Positions 50,151 to 60,535 of a stretch of 64,000 nucleotides of DNA are shown in pieces. How positions within the stretch are numbered: position 1 is the stretch's first letter; each line of letters starts with the position of its first letter. This DNA is from Gammaproteobacteria bacterium (GTDB lineage: Bacteria > Pseudomonadota > Gammaproteobacteria > Pseudomonadales > Pseudohongiellaceae), in assembly GCA_040218615.1 (NCBI GenBank), contig JAVJRC010000004.1:77659-141658 (forward strand). The letters run 5' to 3'. The position numbers and the translations under genes are program-made. A model generated the notes under the pieces. It was not told the DNA's origin. It saw nothing but the letters and a program-made list of their open reading frames with translations, and searched no databases.

Positions 50151-52297
50151 GCTCTGTATCTGCCGAAGCACGGCCTCGCTATGACGAGCAACCGCGTAAA
50201 CTCTATGACTACCCCAGGTATTGGGCGGAGTGCTATGGCACTGCGCCCTATCTGCCCATGTCCCGTACAGAAATGGACGAACTGGGTTGGGACAGTTGCG
50301 ACATCATAATCGTCACTGCCGATGCCTATGTGGACCATCCCAGCTTCGGCATGGCGGTGATAGGAAGGTTGCTCGAAGCCCAGGGCTACCGTGTGGGGAT
50401 TATCGCTCAGCCTCAATGGGACTCTGCCGACCCGTTCAAGGTATTGGGCAAACCCAACCTGTTCTTCGGTGTCACCGGCGGCAATATGGATTCCCTCATC
50501 AATCGCTACACTGCGGATTTGAGAATGCGCAGCGATGACGCCTACACCCCGGACGGTGAGCCAGGCATGCGGCCGGACCGATCTGTCATCGTCTACAGTC
50601 AGCGCTGCCGGGAAGCCTATTACGACACGCCCATCGTGATTGGTGGTATCGAAGCCAGTCTGAGGAGAATCGCCCAGTACGATTACTGGAGCGACAAGGT
50701 CAGGCGCTCCATCCTGGTGGATTCAAACGCGGACATACTGCTGTATGGCAATGCAGAACGAGCCTTGGTGGAAGTTGCCGCGGAGCTGGCGGCAGGCAAT
50801 CCCATCGAAACATGCTGGGACCTGCGTGGCACTGCCCATGTACGCAGTAGCACACCTGCTGGCTGGACAGAAATCGATTCCACCCGCATAGACTGGCCAG
50901 CGCAGATCGACAAGATTCCCAATCCCTATGACTACCATCAGCTCAACGAATCAAGCGCCGGGAATTCTGGCAATGGCGATGCAGCCCCGGGCAGTGATAA
51001 GTCACAGCCTGAAAGCGAGCAAGCCCAGGCGGTAAAAATTATCCCGCTTCCCCTGCAACGACAATCTGAATTTGAGAAAGAAACATCCTATATTCGACTT
51101 CCCGCGCTGAATAAAGTGACAAATGACCCGGTGCTTTATGCACACGCCTCGCGTGTGTTGCACCAGGAATCCAACCCCTATAACGCACGACCTCTGGTAC
51201 AACGCCACGAGACCCAGGAAGTGTGGGTAAACCCACCCCCTATCCCGCTGGAAACCGAAGAGATGGACTGGGTTTTTGACCTGCCCTTTAAGCGCCGGCC
51301 ACACCCCAGCTACGGCGACTCCAGAATTCCCGCCTATGACATGATCAAGACCTCGGTCAACATCATGCGTGGCTGTTTTGGCGGCTGCACATTCTGCTCC
51401 ATTACCGAACACGAAGGCCGAATCATCCAGAGCCGTTCAGAAGAAAACATTCTTCGCGAGATCGAAAAGATCCGGGATCAGGTGCCTGGCTTCACCGGCA
51501 CCATTTCTGACCTGGGCGGTCCGACGGCCAATATGTACAAACTCAATTGCAAGTCCGCTGATATACAGAAGCGCTGCAAGAGGCTGTCCTGTGTCTACCC
51601 CAATATCTGCAAGCACCTGAATACGGACCACAGTCCCACCACCCAGCTTTACCGCAAGGCCCGGGCCATACCCGGCGTCAAGCGCGTGGCTATCGCTTCA
51701 GGCCTGCGTTATGACCTGGCATTGAAAGATCCGGAATACGTCGAAGAGCTGGTCACTCATCATGTTGGCGGCTATCTGAAGATTGCGCCAGAGCACAGCG
51801 AAGATGAAACCCTGTCGAAAATGATGAAACCCAGCATTAACGCCTATGACGAATTCAAGAAGCTGTTTGACAAGTTTTCCAGGAAGGCGGGTAAGGAACA
51901 GTATCTCATCCCCTACTTCATCGCAGCGCATCCCGGCTGCACGGAAGAGGACATGCTCAACCTGAGCCTGTGGCTCAAGTCGCGAAATTTCAAGCCAGAC
52001 CAGGTGCAGACTTTCTATCCGTCGCCAATGGCCCTGGCCACCGCCATGTATTATTCAGAGCGAAACCCCTTGCAGAAGCTGCGCTATAAAAGTGACAAGC
52101 TGAACGTCTGCAAGGACATTGATCAGCGCAGGCTGCAAAAAGCTTTCCTGCGCTATCACGACGAGAAGAACTGGCCCATGTTGCGGGAGGCGTTAAAGCG
52201 CTTGGGCAGAGAAGAGTTGATTGGCAACTCCGAAAAGAGTCTGGTTCCCCCGGCCAAGCCTCGCAGTAAACAGCGACGTCACCCGAAACGACGCTAG
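50147..52297 (+). CDS. ygiQ: YgiQ family radical SAM protein (UPF0313)
   Basis: 716 aa, [35 protein letters not shown]-terminus, [10 protein letters not shown] cluster motif and basic C-terminus. Confidence 0.88.
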   Translation: MSSVSAEARPRYDEQPRKLYDYPRYWAECYGTAPYLPMSRTEMDELGWDSCDIIIVTADAYVDHPSFGMAVIGRLLEAQGYRVGIIAQPQWDSADPFKVLGKPNLFFGVTGGNMDSLINRYTADLRMRSDDAYTPDGEPGMRPDRSVIVYSQRCREAYYDTPIVIGGIEASLRRIAQYDYWSDKVRRSILVDSNADILLYGNAERALVEVAAELAAGNPIETCWDLRGTAHVRSSTPAGWTEIDSTRIDWPAQIDKIPNPYDYHQLNESSAGNSGNGDAAPGSDKSQPESEQAQAVKIIPLPLQRQSEFEKETSYIRLPALNKVTNDPVLYAHASRVLHQESNPYNARPLVQRHETQEVWVNPPPIPLETEEMDWVFDLPFKRRPHPSYGDSRIPAYDMIKTSVNIMRGCFGGCTFCSITEHEGRIIQSRSEENILREIEKIRDQVPGFTGTISDLGGPTANMYKLNCKSADIQKRCKRLSCVYPNICKHLNTDHSPTTQLYRKARAIPGVKRVAIASGLRYDLALKDPEYVEELVTHHVGGYLKIAPEHSEDETLSKMMKPSINAYDEFKKLFDKFSRKAGKEQYLIPYFIAAHPGCTEEDMLNLSLWLKSRNFKPDQVQTFYPSPMALATAMYYSERNPLQKLRYKSDKLNVCKDIDQRRLQKAFLRYHDEKNWPMLREALKRLGREELIGNSEKSLVPPAKPRSKQRRHPKRR

Positions 52298-52307
52298 CGG
52301 ATTTCCC

Positions 52308-54095
52308 CTAGGGGCGCACCCGCAGGTTGATTTCCTCGACTATCTTCCAGGCGCCCTCTTCTTCCAGCATCAGTAATTTCTTCTGAGTACTGTCACTGTA
52401 GTTGGGCGACTCATAGCGCAACCACAAGCGCACATCCTGCATGCCTTCCTCGACCCCCACATGCTCGAATTCACTGGGCGTTAATTTGATCGAGGCAGCT
52501 CCGCCAATTACTCGTTGGCGATTATTCCGCCACGCGGTGACGCTGTCGTGATAACGGGGCGTAAACCCGGAATGGTAACTGGCAAAGTATTCATCCAGGG
52601 ACTGTGACTCCCAGGCAGTGAGCCATTGCTGTACTGCAGACTCCAACTGTTCAACAGGATCAGAGTCCGGGGTGCCAGCGGGGACGGTAACCGAAGGGGC
52701 AACATCCTCTGTTCTGACCACCGCAACCGCATTGGTAACTTCGATTTCTTCGGCTTCCTGAGGCTCCGGCTCAATCTCTTGTAACTGCGCTGGACTCACC
52801 TCCGCTGCGGGCACGTCGCTGACCGCAGTATCTTCATCGGCAACTGCCTCAGCAGACAGCGGTTCAAACTCCGGTTGCGAAATTGCGTCGTCCGCGACAC
52901 CGATCTCCTCTGCTGTTACCAGTGCCAGACTCGAATCCGATACCGGCTCCGGAATGTCTGCTGGTATGGGCGGGATAGTCGACTGCATGGGTGGTTCACT
53001 GACTGGCTGGTCTTCCTCAACACTGGCCACTGCGGCAACATCCGGCGTGGCGTCTGCGGTGTCAAGCTGTTCAGTGTCCGGGTTTGCTGTGGCGAGATTA
53101 CCGGAATCCTGTTCAAGCTGGCCTGGGCTTGATGGTGGTTCAACTGAGTTCTCCGCCGTCGCTTCCTCTCCAGCAGCAAACGGTGAAGGCATCGACTGCG
53201 TTTCTGCAGACTGAGAATCCCTGTCTGCATCGTCATTGCCAATCTGCTGATAGAGAAAACCGACAGACGCGACCATGACAACGGCGGCGATTGGCATTAA
53301 AGGTCGCAGGTTTTGCGAGTCACTCTTCAATCCGCCGGGCAATCCTGCCTGGGCATTGTTCTTTAAAAGCTGCGCCAGTTCAGATTTGGACACCGGCCTG
53401 ATGTCCGTGCTCCCCTGGCGCGACTCTACCAATAGCCTGCACAGGGACAGCGCAGGGCCCGGATAACCCCGGCAGCTCTTGTACAGAATATTCATCGCCG
53501 CCGGCTCCAGCTGCAATCCTGGCACGCCACATTTTTCCACATAGCGATACAGAAACTGGCCCAGCGTTTCCCTGTCCATTGGTGTCAATTCGTAGCGATT
53601 GGAGACACTGAGCAGCATGGACTTGAATTCATGCTTGCCGAGCAGGCGTTTCTCCAGGCTTAATTCACCGCACAGCAAAATATTCAGCACCCGCTTCTTC
53701 TGCACCTGGACTTCTGCGAGCCGATAGATTTCCAATAAGGTGATGTCGGTAAGCAGGTGAGCATCATCGAAAATGAGCACGATTGGCTTGTCATCTTTAG
53801 TGACCAGCGTGTCCTCTATCATCCTCGCAAAATTCGAAGAAACCGGGAGCTTCAGATCCTGCGCCAGCATGGTTCTCAACATATCAGGCGATTCGACAGC
53901 GGCCTTAAAAAAGATGACCCGGAACCCTTTCCGGCGCATATATTGGGCAAGCTTCTCGCAGAGCGTGCTCTTCCCTGTTTGCGGATTGCCAAGCAGTTTT
54001 ACGAAGGCTTCGGGGGCAGACAAGGCCGAGTGCAGGCCCTGCAGGGTTTGCAGATAGGGGCCTTCACCGAAATAGAATGCGTTATGCTGTTTCAT
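52308..54095 (-). CDS. ExeA/GspA-like AAA ATPase, TM helix, acidic linker, NTF2-like C-terminal domain
   Basis: Walker A GNPQTGKST and Walker B VLIFDDAH. One TM (PIAAVVMVASVGFLY), a ~190 aa D/E/P/A/S-rich region, then WLTAWESQSLDEYFASY...WKIVEE. Confidence 0.7.
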   Translation of the reverse strand: MKQHNAFYFGEGPYLQTLQGLHSALSAPEAFVKLLGNPQTGKSTLCEKLAQYMRRKGFRVIFFKAAVESPDMLRTMLAQDLKLPVSSNFARMIEDTLVTKDDKPIVLIFDDAHLLTDITLLEIYRLAEVQVQKKRVLNILLCGELSLEKRLLGKHEFKSMLLSVSNRYELTPMDRETLGQFLYRYVEKCGVPGLQLEPAAMNILYKSCRGYPGPALSLCRLLVESRQGSTDIRPVSKSELAQLLKNNAQAGLPGGLKSDSQNLRPLMPIAAVVMVASVGFLYQQIGNDDADRDSQSAETQSMPSPFAAGEEATAENSVEPPSSPGQLEQDSGNLATANPDTEQLDTADATPDVAAVASVEEDQPVSEPPMQSTIPPIPADIPEPVSDSSLALVTAEEIGVADDAISQPEFEPLSAEAVADEDTAVSDVPAAEVSPAQLQEIEPEPQEAEEIEVTNAVAVVRTEDVAPSVTVPAGTPDSDPVEQLESAVQQWLTAWESQSLDEYFASYHSGFTPRYHDSVTAWRNNRQRVIGGAASIKLTPSEFEHVGVEEGMQDVRLWLRYESPNYSDSTQKKLLMLEEEGAWKIVEEINLRVRP

Positions 54096-54168
54096 AGATT
54101 TGTTGTCGACCTGAACGTGAAGCTATCGCTGTAGCTGTTTTCTATAGCTACAGGTAAAGGAAACAAAG

Positions 54169-54963
54169 CTATTCTGGCCTCTCTGACTCACCCCGGGCCA
54201 CTGCGTGTTCAATATTACTCAGAATTCCACGCAATATGTTCATTTCCATCACATCGATGCGAATACGGCCAAACAGCCTGCGTAGTCTCTGCATTAGTTG
54301 GCGAGGATTCCTGGGATCATGGAAATCAATCTTGATCAGCGTGCGCTCCAGGTGATCATAAAAGTGTTCGACCTGTTCTCCGGTTGCCCATTGCTGGTCC
54401 CAGTTTTCATCGTCTGCCCTGCTGTCAGTGCCCGACACATTTAGCGCAGCCTTGAATAATTCATAACAAATCACCATCACAGCTGCCGCCAGGTTCAGCG
54501 AACTGTAGCCAGGGTTGGTGGGGATATGCACGTGGTAGTGGCATTGCTGAAGCTCATCGTTGTTGAGGCCGGAGTCTTCCCGACCAAATACCAACGCAAC
54601 CTTGTTGGCAGGCGCCGCCTCGAGCACTTTCTGTGCACACTGCCCGGGATCTACCATGGGCCAGGGTATGCTGCGTATCCTGGCACTGGCACCGATAACC
54701 AGTCCACAGTCCGCCACAGCTTCCTCCAGAGTCGAAACCACCTGGGCCTGCTCCAGCACATCCAGTGCTGACGCCGCACGGCCTACTGCGACCCCACTGG
54801 GAAATTCTTCCGGCTGCACCAGGGCCAACTGCGCAAGCCCCATATTCTTCATTGCTCTTGCCGTGGCACCAATATTTCCGGGATGGGAGGTATTGACCAG
54901 CACGACTTTGACCTGCGTCTCCAGCAGCGCCGTAATATCCTGATTCACTTGTTGCTCTTCCAT
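54169..54963 (-). CDS. trmJ: tRNA (cytidine/uridine-2'-O)-methyltransferase TrmJ
   Basis: SPOUT fold, LVNTSHPGNIGATARAMKNMG. Divergent from suhB, as in Pseudomonas and E. coli. Confidence 0.9.
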   Translation of the reverse strand: MEEQQVNQDITALLETQVKVVLVNTSHPGNIGATARAMKNMGLAQLALVQPEEFPSGVAVGRAASALDVLEQAQVVSTLEEAVADCGLVIGASARIRSIPWPMVDPGQCAQKVLEAAPANKVALVFGREDSGLNNDELQQCHYHVHIPTNPGYSSLNLAAAVMVICYELFKAALNVSGTDSRADDENWDQQWATGEQVEHFYDHLERTLIKIDFHDPRNPRQLMQRLRRLFGRIRIDVMEMNILRGILSNIEHAVARGESERPE

Positions 54964-55202
54964 AGCCTGAGATTCCCCACTGTTCGCTGCAAAATTATAA
55001 CAGGTAGGAAATCGGAAAAATGGGCCAGGTTAAAGGGGAGATAAATAGGGTCAGAGCAAAAATACCGCAGTTTTACCGCCAGCCCATTTCTCACAACTAA
55101 TCCAAACTGCTGTATTTTTACTCTGACCCCATTTATGTCTGCTATCATGGCGCCGCCCAGATTTCTGGCAGAATCGCTCAATCCCAACAGAAGTTTCGAA
55201 CT

Positions 55203-55997
55203 ATGCACCCACTCGTCAATATCGCCTACCGAGCCGCCAAAGATTCGGCTGATGCTCTGGCGCACAAGACCGACCGACTCGACCGAATCAAGGTTCTCGA
55301 CGAGGATGAACTTTCATTTCTGACTACCGCCGATCAGGACAGTGACCAGACCCTGATCTATCACATCCAGAAAACTTACCCGGACCACAATATCCTGTCC
55401 CGGGTCTCAGGAAAGCATGAAGGCAAAGCCGAGGAGCCTACCTGGCTTATCGACCCTCTGCTTGGCAACAAGAACTTCGCCAAGGGCTATCCTCGATTTG
55501 GAGTTGCCCTGGCAGTCAAGGTAAAAGACGTGGTGGAACACGCTGTGGTACTGGCTCCCATGCTGGGAGACGAGTTTATGGCCAGTCGCGGCCGGGGTGC
55601 CCAATTGAATTCACGACGCATCCGCGTGACCGGCAAGTCTGACCTGAAAAGCAGCCTGGTCGGACTGGACAGCACTGGACTGGATAGTCAGCTCTTTCTC
55701 GATGCGCAACATGCCCTGCTGCAAGCCAAGGCCAGCCCGCGAATTAGCGGTTGCGGTGCGCTGGATCTGTTGGACACCGCCTGCGGCCGTTTGCAGGCAG
55801 GGTGGTGTCGTCAGCCTGGTGATGCCAGCATGGCTGCTGTAAGTCTGATATTAAAAGAAGCGGGTGGCCTAATCGGTACCGAGGAAGGCAATCCCAAGCT
55901 GGACAAGGGAAGCGAGATGATTTTTGGAGAATCTGAAATCTTCAAGCAGCTCATCAAAATCCGTTCCCGGCTCAATGCCGGAAAAGCTCCAGAATAA
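55203..55997 (+). CDS. suhB: Inositol monophosphatase family protein SuhB
   Basis: 264 aa, MHPLVNIAYRAAKDSA..., with WLIDPLLGNKNF (WxIDPxDGT-like) motif. Confidence 0.88.
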   Translation: MHPLVNIAYRAAKDSADALAHKTDRLDRIKVLDEDELSFLTTADQDSDQTLIYHIQKTYPDHNILSRVSGKHEGKAEEPTWLIDPLLGNKNFAKGYPRFGVALAVKVKDVVEHAVVLAPMLGDEFMASRGRGAQLNSRRIRVTGKSDLKSSLVGLDSTGLDSQLFLDAQHALLQAKASPRISGCGALDLLDTACGRLQAGWCRQPGDASMAAVSLILKEAGGLIGTEEGNPKLDKGSEMIFGESEIFKQLIKIRSRLNAGKAPE

Positions 55998-56133
55998 GTA
56001 CAGGATTGCAATTTAATGTGACGATTGCTGCCCCGGAAGGTGGATGCGGTATAGTGCTGCTTCAATCAGGGTCTGCAGTATTGGATCAGAACGAAATCAG
56101 CCGGAGTGGGCAACAGCCAGCATCACATCAGCA

Positions 56134-57501
56134 ATGACGTCCAGAACCAATAGCCACAATCTTGTCGAGGGATCGATACAGCAAGCGCTGATCAGAATGA
56201 CCCTGCCCATGATTATTGGCATGATCATGCTGTTTACCTTCAGCCTGGTGGACACCTGGTTTATCAGTTTCCTCGGCACTGAGGCACTCACTGCCATCAG
56301 CTTCACCTTTCCCGTCACCTTCACTGTCATGAGTCTTGCCATCGGCATGGGTATTGGCGCATCAGCAGTGGTCGCCAAGTACCTGGGTGGGTCGCTCTAC
56401 GAAAAAGCCAAACAGGCAGCGACGGTAATCAATTATATCTCTCTGTCACTGGCCATCGTGATTGTGGGCCTGCTGTGGATGTTCATGGACCCCATTTTTA
56501 TGCTGATGGGCGCAAGCGAGGACCTGTTGGGACCTATCAGGTCCTACATGGTGGTCTGGTTTCCAGGCAGTGTGCTGGTAGTCAGCATCATGACGGGCAA
56601 CAGTATTTTGCGTGCCTGCGGCAATACCCGCACGCCCAGCATCCTGATGGCTTCAGCCGGCCTGATTAATGCTGTGCTGGATCCCATTCTCATATTCGGC
56701 TTGGGTCCGGTACCTGCCTTGGGAATTCAGGGTGCGGCCTGGGCTACTGTAATCGCCTGGTCCGCAGGATTTATCTATCTCTTCTACCTGCTGATCTTCA
56801 AACTGGAAATGGTCAGCCCGGTATTGCCAACCAAAGAGGTATTTAGAAACTCAGGCAGAGATATGCTTCGAATCGGCGTGCCTGCGGCTGGGGCCAATAT
56901 GATGACACCGCTGGCTGCAGGGATCATGACCCGAATTGCGGCGGGCTTTGGTGACTCTGCGGTTGCGGCCTTCGGTGTAGGCGCAAGAATTGAACCCATG
57001 GCCACGCTATTGGTATTGGCTATCTCTTCCTCACTCCCGCCGCTAATTAGCCAGAATTTTGGCGCTGACCGAATGGACCGGGTGGAAGAAGCTTACCGCA
57101 TAGCCACACGATTCATCATGGTGTGGCAATTGGGGGTGTATTTGTTGCTGGCGATTGGAGCCACTGTGATTGCCGGGATGTTTTCCAGTGACCCTGAGGT
57201 TGTCAGAGCCATCAGGCTGTTCATCTGGATCATGCCGGTTGGCTATGGATTGCAGGGCATCATAATCCTGACCAATTCCTCACTCAATGCCCTGCACAAA
57301 CCCTTGTCGGCACTGTATCTGAGTATTGCCAGATTTTTTGTTTTCTATGTGCCCCTGGCCTATCTGGGCAGTATCCAGTTCGGCCTGTTCGGGTTTTTCG
57401 CGGGAGCGGTCTGCGGAAATTTTCTGATGGCGATCATTTCCTGGCGCACATTCAACCGTGCTTTGGGTGCGGAACAGGCACTACAACAAAACGCAGCCTA
57501 G
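56134..57501 (+). CDS. MATE family efflux transporter
   Basis: 12-TM profile. The N-terminus (GSIQQALIRMTLPMIIGM) is typical of MATE/NorM-like proteins. ATG at 56134. Confidence 0.85.
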   Translation: MTSRTNSHNLVEGSIQQALIRMTLPMIIGMIMLFTFSLVDTWFISFLGTEALTAISFTFPVTFTVMSLAIGMGIGASAVVAKYLGGSLYEKAKQAATVINYISLSLAIVIVGLLWMFMDPIFMLMGASEDLLGPIRSYMVVWFPGSVLVVSIMTGNSILRACGNTRTPSILMASAGLINAVLDPILIFGLGPVPALGIQGAAWATVIAWSAGFIYLFYLLIFKLEMVSPVLPTKEVFRNSGRDMLRIGVPAAGANMMTPLAAGIMTRIAAGFGDSAVAAFGVGARIEPMATLLVLAISSSLPPLISQNFGADRMDRVEEAYRIATRFIMVWQLGVYLLLAIGATVIAGMFSSDPEVVRAIRLFIWIMPVGYGLQGIIILTNSSLNALHKPLSALYLSIARFFVFYVPLAYLGSIQFGLFGFFAGAVCGNFLMAIISWRTFNRALGAEQALQQNAA

Positions 57502-57621
57502 TCGGGTCTGGAAACTATTCAGCTAGCCACGGGGATTACGCGAACAGTTTGATGAAGAATTGTTGATGTCTCTCGCCAAGCCCGCAAAGAGCGCCAAGGG
57601 AAAAGCCCGGCAAGACCGAAA

Positions 57622-59238
57622 TTAGCGGCTAAAGAAATTCCGAACCGTCGTCATCAAACCCGCTTGCTTGACTCCAGCCGCAGGATCCATGACTTCCTCA
57701 ATCGGTAATCCAGAGCCATCTTCCTGCTCTTCTCCGGAGAGGCTGAAGCTCTTGTCTTCAACGGTGGCCGCCTCTCCATCATCGGAGTAGGTCAAGCGGT
57801 TGTTGCGCTCCTGAAAAGCCAGCATTTCCTGACAAATCTCGTTGTATTCTTCCTGGGTCAGCAGCTCAGGCATCTCTTTCATGTTCAGAGTGAACTGCCT
57901 GTCGTTGGCGGCAGAGAGATAGTGCAGGTTCTTCTTGTGAGTAAGCAACAATCCCTCTTCTTCTGCAATCTTGTAAAGAGGAGTGCCGCGCAAGGGAATG
58001 TAGGGGAAGAAGAAGAAATGTTCTGGCTCGATTTGCTGGTTCAGCTTGAGTGTCTCGCGCATATTGTCTGCGGTTTCCAGCGGCATGCCGACGATATTGA
58101 AAGTAAGCCGGTTTATTCCCGCTTTCTTGCAGTTTTCAGCCGCTTCGATCACTTGCTGGTTTTTCATTTTCCGACCCAGCATACGACCCCGGTATTCTTC
58201 ATCACCGCTTTCGATACCAAACCAGATCGTGTGACAACCAGCCTCCGCTGCAGTTTTGCAAAATTCCTCATTCATCACTTCGACACGGGAATTAATTGAA
58301 AACGGCAGGCGAATGCGTTCTTTGTAAATTTCAAAGAAGGCACGAACGAACTTCAGATTGGAAAGAAACAACTCGTCCCAGAACTCAAAATAACCGACAT
58401 CGTAAAGGTCACGAAGCCGCTCCAATTCGTCGACCATTGCTTCGGGTTCGTATTTACGCAGAAAGGTTTTCTTGCTGCGCCAACCTTCCAGAATGGGAGT
58501 GTTGCAGCAATAGGTACAGCGATAAGGACAGCCGCGCCCGGTCATTACCGGCAAGACCAGTTTCCCTTTAGGGCCAAAAATAGATGAATTTACATCCTTG
58601 AACCCATCTTCCTTGGAAAAAATATCGTAGTCGGGAAATGGCAGGGATTGCAGATCACCAATCTGGTGTGGTTCGGACTTGTACACTTCTCCGTCGATCA
58701 GCTTTTCCCACAATCCATCAGCATGACCATCTTTGGTGCCACGCAGGTGTTGGACTATATTGCCGATGGCATATTCACCATCACCCACACAGATATAATC
58801 GATATTGGGATTTTCGATGGTCTGTTCCTGGGAGAGCATGGCCTGATAGCCGCCGATTACGATGGGCAAATCGGGCATCAGCTTTTTCAGCTCGGCGAAA
58901 TAGGGCTCCATGGGAAACCAGTGCGGACTCATGATGGAGAATGCGATCACATCAGCATCGAGTGCTTCGATTTTCCGGGCATAGTTTTCCGGTGAATACT
59001 CTTCGGCATCACGCAATATCAGCACGGGCTCCAGCATCACTTCCACTTCCGGAAAATCTCGCTTGAGGTAGGCCGACATGCTGGCGATGGGCATGGCAAT
59101 TTCGTTGCCATCGGGTGAGTAAAACGAGAAGACCAGGCGTAACTTCTCTCGTTTGACTGAACCGAAATAGCGGGATTTATGCTGAGGATAAACGGGCCGC
59201 TCTGTACTGGCAGCAATAACGTCAGCTTTGGAATTCAT
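57622..59238 (-). CDS. B12-binding-domain radical SAM protein (function unknown)
   Basis: 538 aa. N-terminal Rossmann-like B12-binding region (DVIAFSIMSP...VIGGY), rSAM cluster GRGCPYRCTYC, and an acidic ~60 aa C-terminal tail. Confidence 0.82.
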   Translation of the reverse strand: MNSKADVIAASTERPVYPQHKSRYFGSVKREKLRLVFSFYSPDGNEIAMPIASMSAYLKRDFPEVEVMLEPVLILRDAEEYSPENYARKIEALDADVIAFSIMSPHWFPMEPYFAELKKLMPDLPIVIGGYQAMLSQEQTIENPNIDYICVGDGEYAIGNIVQHLRGTKDGHADGLWEKLIDGEVYKSEPHQIGDLQSLPFPDYDIFSKEDGFKDVNSSIFGPKGKLVLPVMTGRGCPYRCTYCCNTPILEGWRSKKTFLRKYEPEAMVDELERLRDLYDVGYFEFWDELFLSNLKFVRAFFEIYKERIRLPFSINSRVEVMNEEFCKTAAEAGCHTIWFGIESGDEEYRGRMLGRKMKNQQVIEAAENCKKAGINRLTFNIVGMPLETADNMRETLKLNQQIEPEHFFFFPYIPLRGTPLYKIAEEEGLLLTHKKNLHYLSAANDRQFTLNMKEMPELLTQEEYNEICQEMLAFQERNNRLTYSDDGEAATVEDKSFSLSGEEQEDGSGLPIEEVMDPAAGVKQAGLMTTVRNFFSR

Positions 59239-59526
59239 GCAAGTTCCCTGGGATCGTGAAAATTAGGTATTCGATTGTCGCCCGAAGCCGCCCTGCTCTG
59301 GAGGTTTAACGCAAATGGCGTAAGGGGCTGTGTCAATTGTATCGACCACGAAAGGCGAAAGTATATCACTATTGAGAAGCGGTATCATGAGCGGGAAATC
59401 ACATAAATCCCTTGTAAATCGAGTGGTTACTCCCGCTATTCCGCTAATTATGCCGGCCGGATTTCACTTGTATGCCCCGGATGCTATATGCTCTGCTCCC
59501 TTGCTGACCGCGATACATCACGCTCT

Positions 59527-60111
59527 ATGACCGCAACCCCAAACAGGAACAACACCGTGGATTTGCTTGAGGCCCTGCACAGCCGATCGTCTTCACCCAG
59601 GTTGACCGAGCCCGGCCCCTCTGCGGAGCAACTGCAGAACCTGTTTCACGCCGCCTCGCGCGCTGCAGACCATGGTCTGCTCAGGCCCTGGCGATTCCTG
59701 ATGGTTCAGGGCGAGGCCAGGGAAAGATTGGGTGAACTATTCGTCAAAGCAGCCCTTGCCGATGAGGAAGAGATTAGCGATGCGAAACTGGAAAAAATTC
59801 GCAACAAGCCACTGCGTGCTCCCACTATTATTGTCACCATCTCGAGCCTGAAGGAACATCCCAAGGTTCCGGAGTTTGAGCAGGATCTGTCCGCCGCAGC
59901 CGCTACCCAAAATATGCTGCTGGCTGCACATGCACAGAATATTGGTGCCATGTGGCGCACCGGCTCTATGGCTTATCATCCGGTGGTTATGGAAGGACTG
60001 GGTCTGCAGGACGGGGAAAAAATCATCGGCTTTCTCTACCTGGGCACCAAGGCATGCCCGGACAAGCCAATCAGGAAAGTCGATCTCTCAGAATTTGTAC
60101 AGGAGTGGTGA
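59527..60111 (+). CDS. ydjA: NAD(P)H nitroreductase YdjA-like
   Basis: Collinear with E. coli YdjA (LEALHSRSSSPRL, RPWRF, APLRAPTII, GFLYLGT). Confidence 0.85.
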   Translation: MTATPNRNNTVDLLEALHSRSSSPRLTEPGPSAEQLQNLFHAASRAADHGLLRPWRFLMVQGEARERLGELFVKAALADEEEISDAKLEKIRNKPLRAPTIIVTISSLKEHPKVPEFEQDLSAAAATQNMLLAAHAQNIGAMWRTGSMAYHPVVMEGLGLQDGEKIIGFLYLGTKACPDKPIRKVDLSEFVQEW

Positions 60112-60128
60112 CGGTGGGTAGCCGCAGC

Positions 60129-60524
60129 ATGGACATGCAATGCTGGAAGTGCGGCACGGAGCTGAAAAACCTGCTGCTGCCTTTTTCCCGTTACGAAGAG
60201 TGCAGCACTTGCAAGGCTGATCTCCATGTTTGTCTCGCCTGCAGAAATTACAATCCGAATGTTGCCGATGCCTGCGAGGAAGACAGAGCCGACTTTATTC
60301 TGGATAAGGACAAGGCCAATTTCTGCGACTTCTTCAAGGCCAATCCAAGGGCCTACAAAAAACAGGACGACACGGCGGCAAAGGAAGCGCGAGCGAAACT
60401 GGCTGCGCTTTTCGGAGAAGAACTTCCCGAAGACGATGAAGAGAACGAGCAAACAGATTCGACCCCCGAAACTGAAGCTGACCGCGCCCTGGCCGAACTC
60501 AAGCGCCTGTTCGGTGACGAGTAG
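60129..60524 (+). CDS. Cys-rich zinc-ribbon-like protein with acidic C-terminal tail
   Basis: MDMQCWKCG...CSTC...CLACRNY...C...C. The C-terminal part is a charged helix. The start may instead be an upstream GTG. Confidence 0.6.
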   Translation: MDMQCWKCGTELKNLLLPFSRYEECSTCKADLHVCLACRNYNPNVADACEEDRADFILDKDKANFCDFFKANPRAYKKQDDTAAKEARAKLAALFGEELPEDDEENEQTDSTPETEADRALAELKRLFGDE

Positions 60525-60535
60525 TCTGCTAAACC

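Noticed and set aside
59239-59526. A cobalamin riboswitch or RiPP precursor peptide upstream of the B12-rSAM gene.
   Set aside because: No B12-box-like GCCACUG core is seen. The only ORF (59330-59530) runs into the ydjA start and has no leader/core peptide character.
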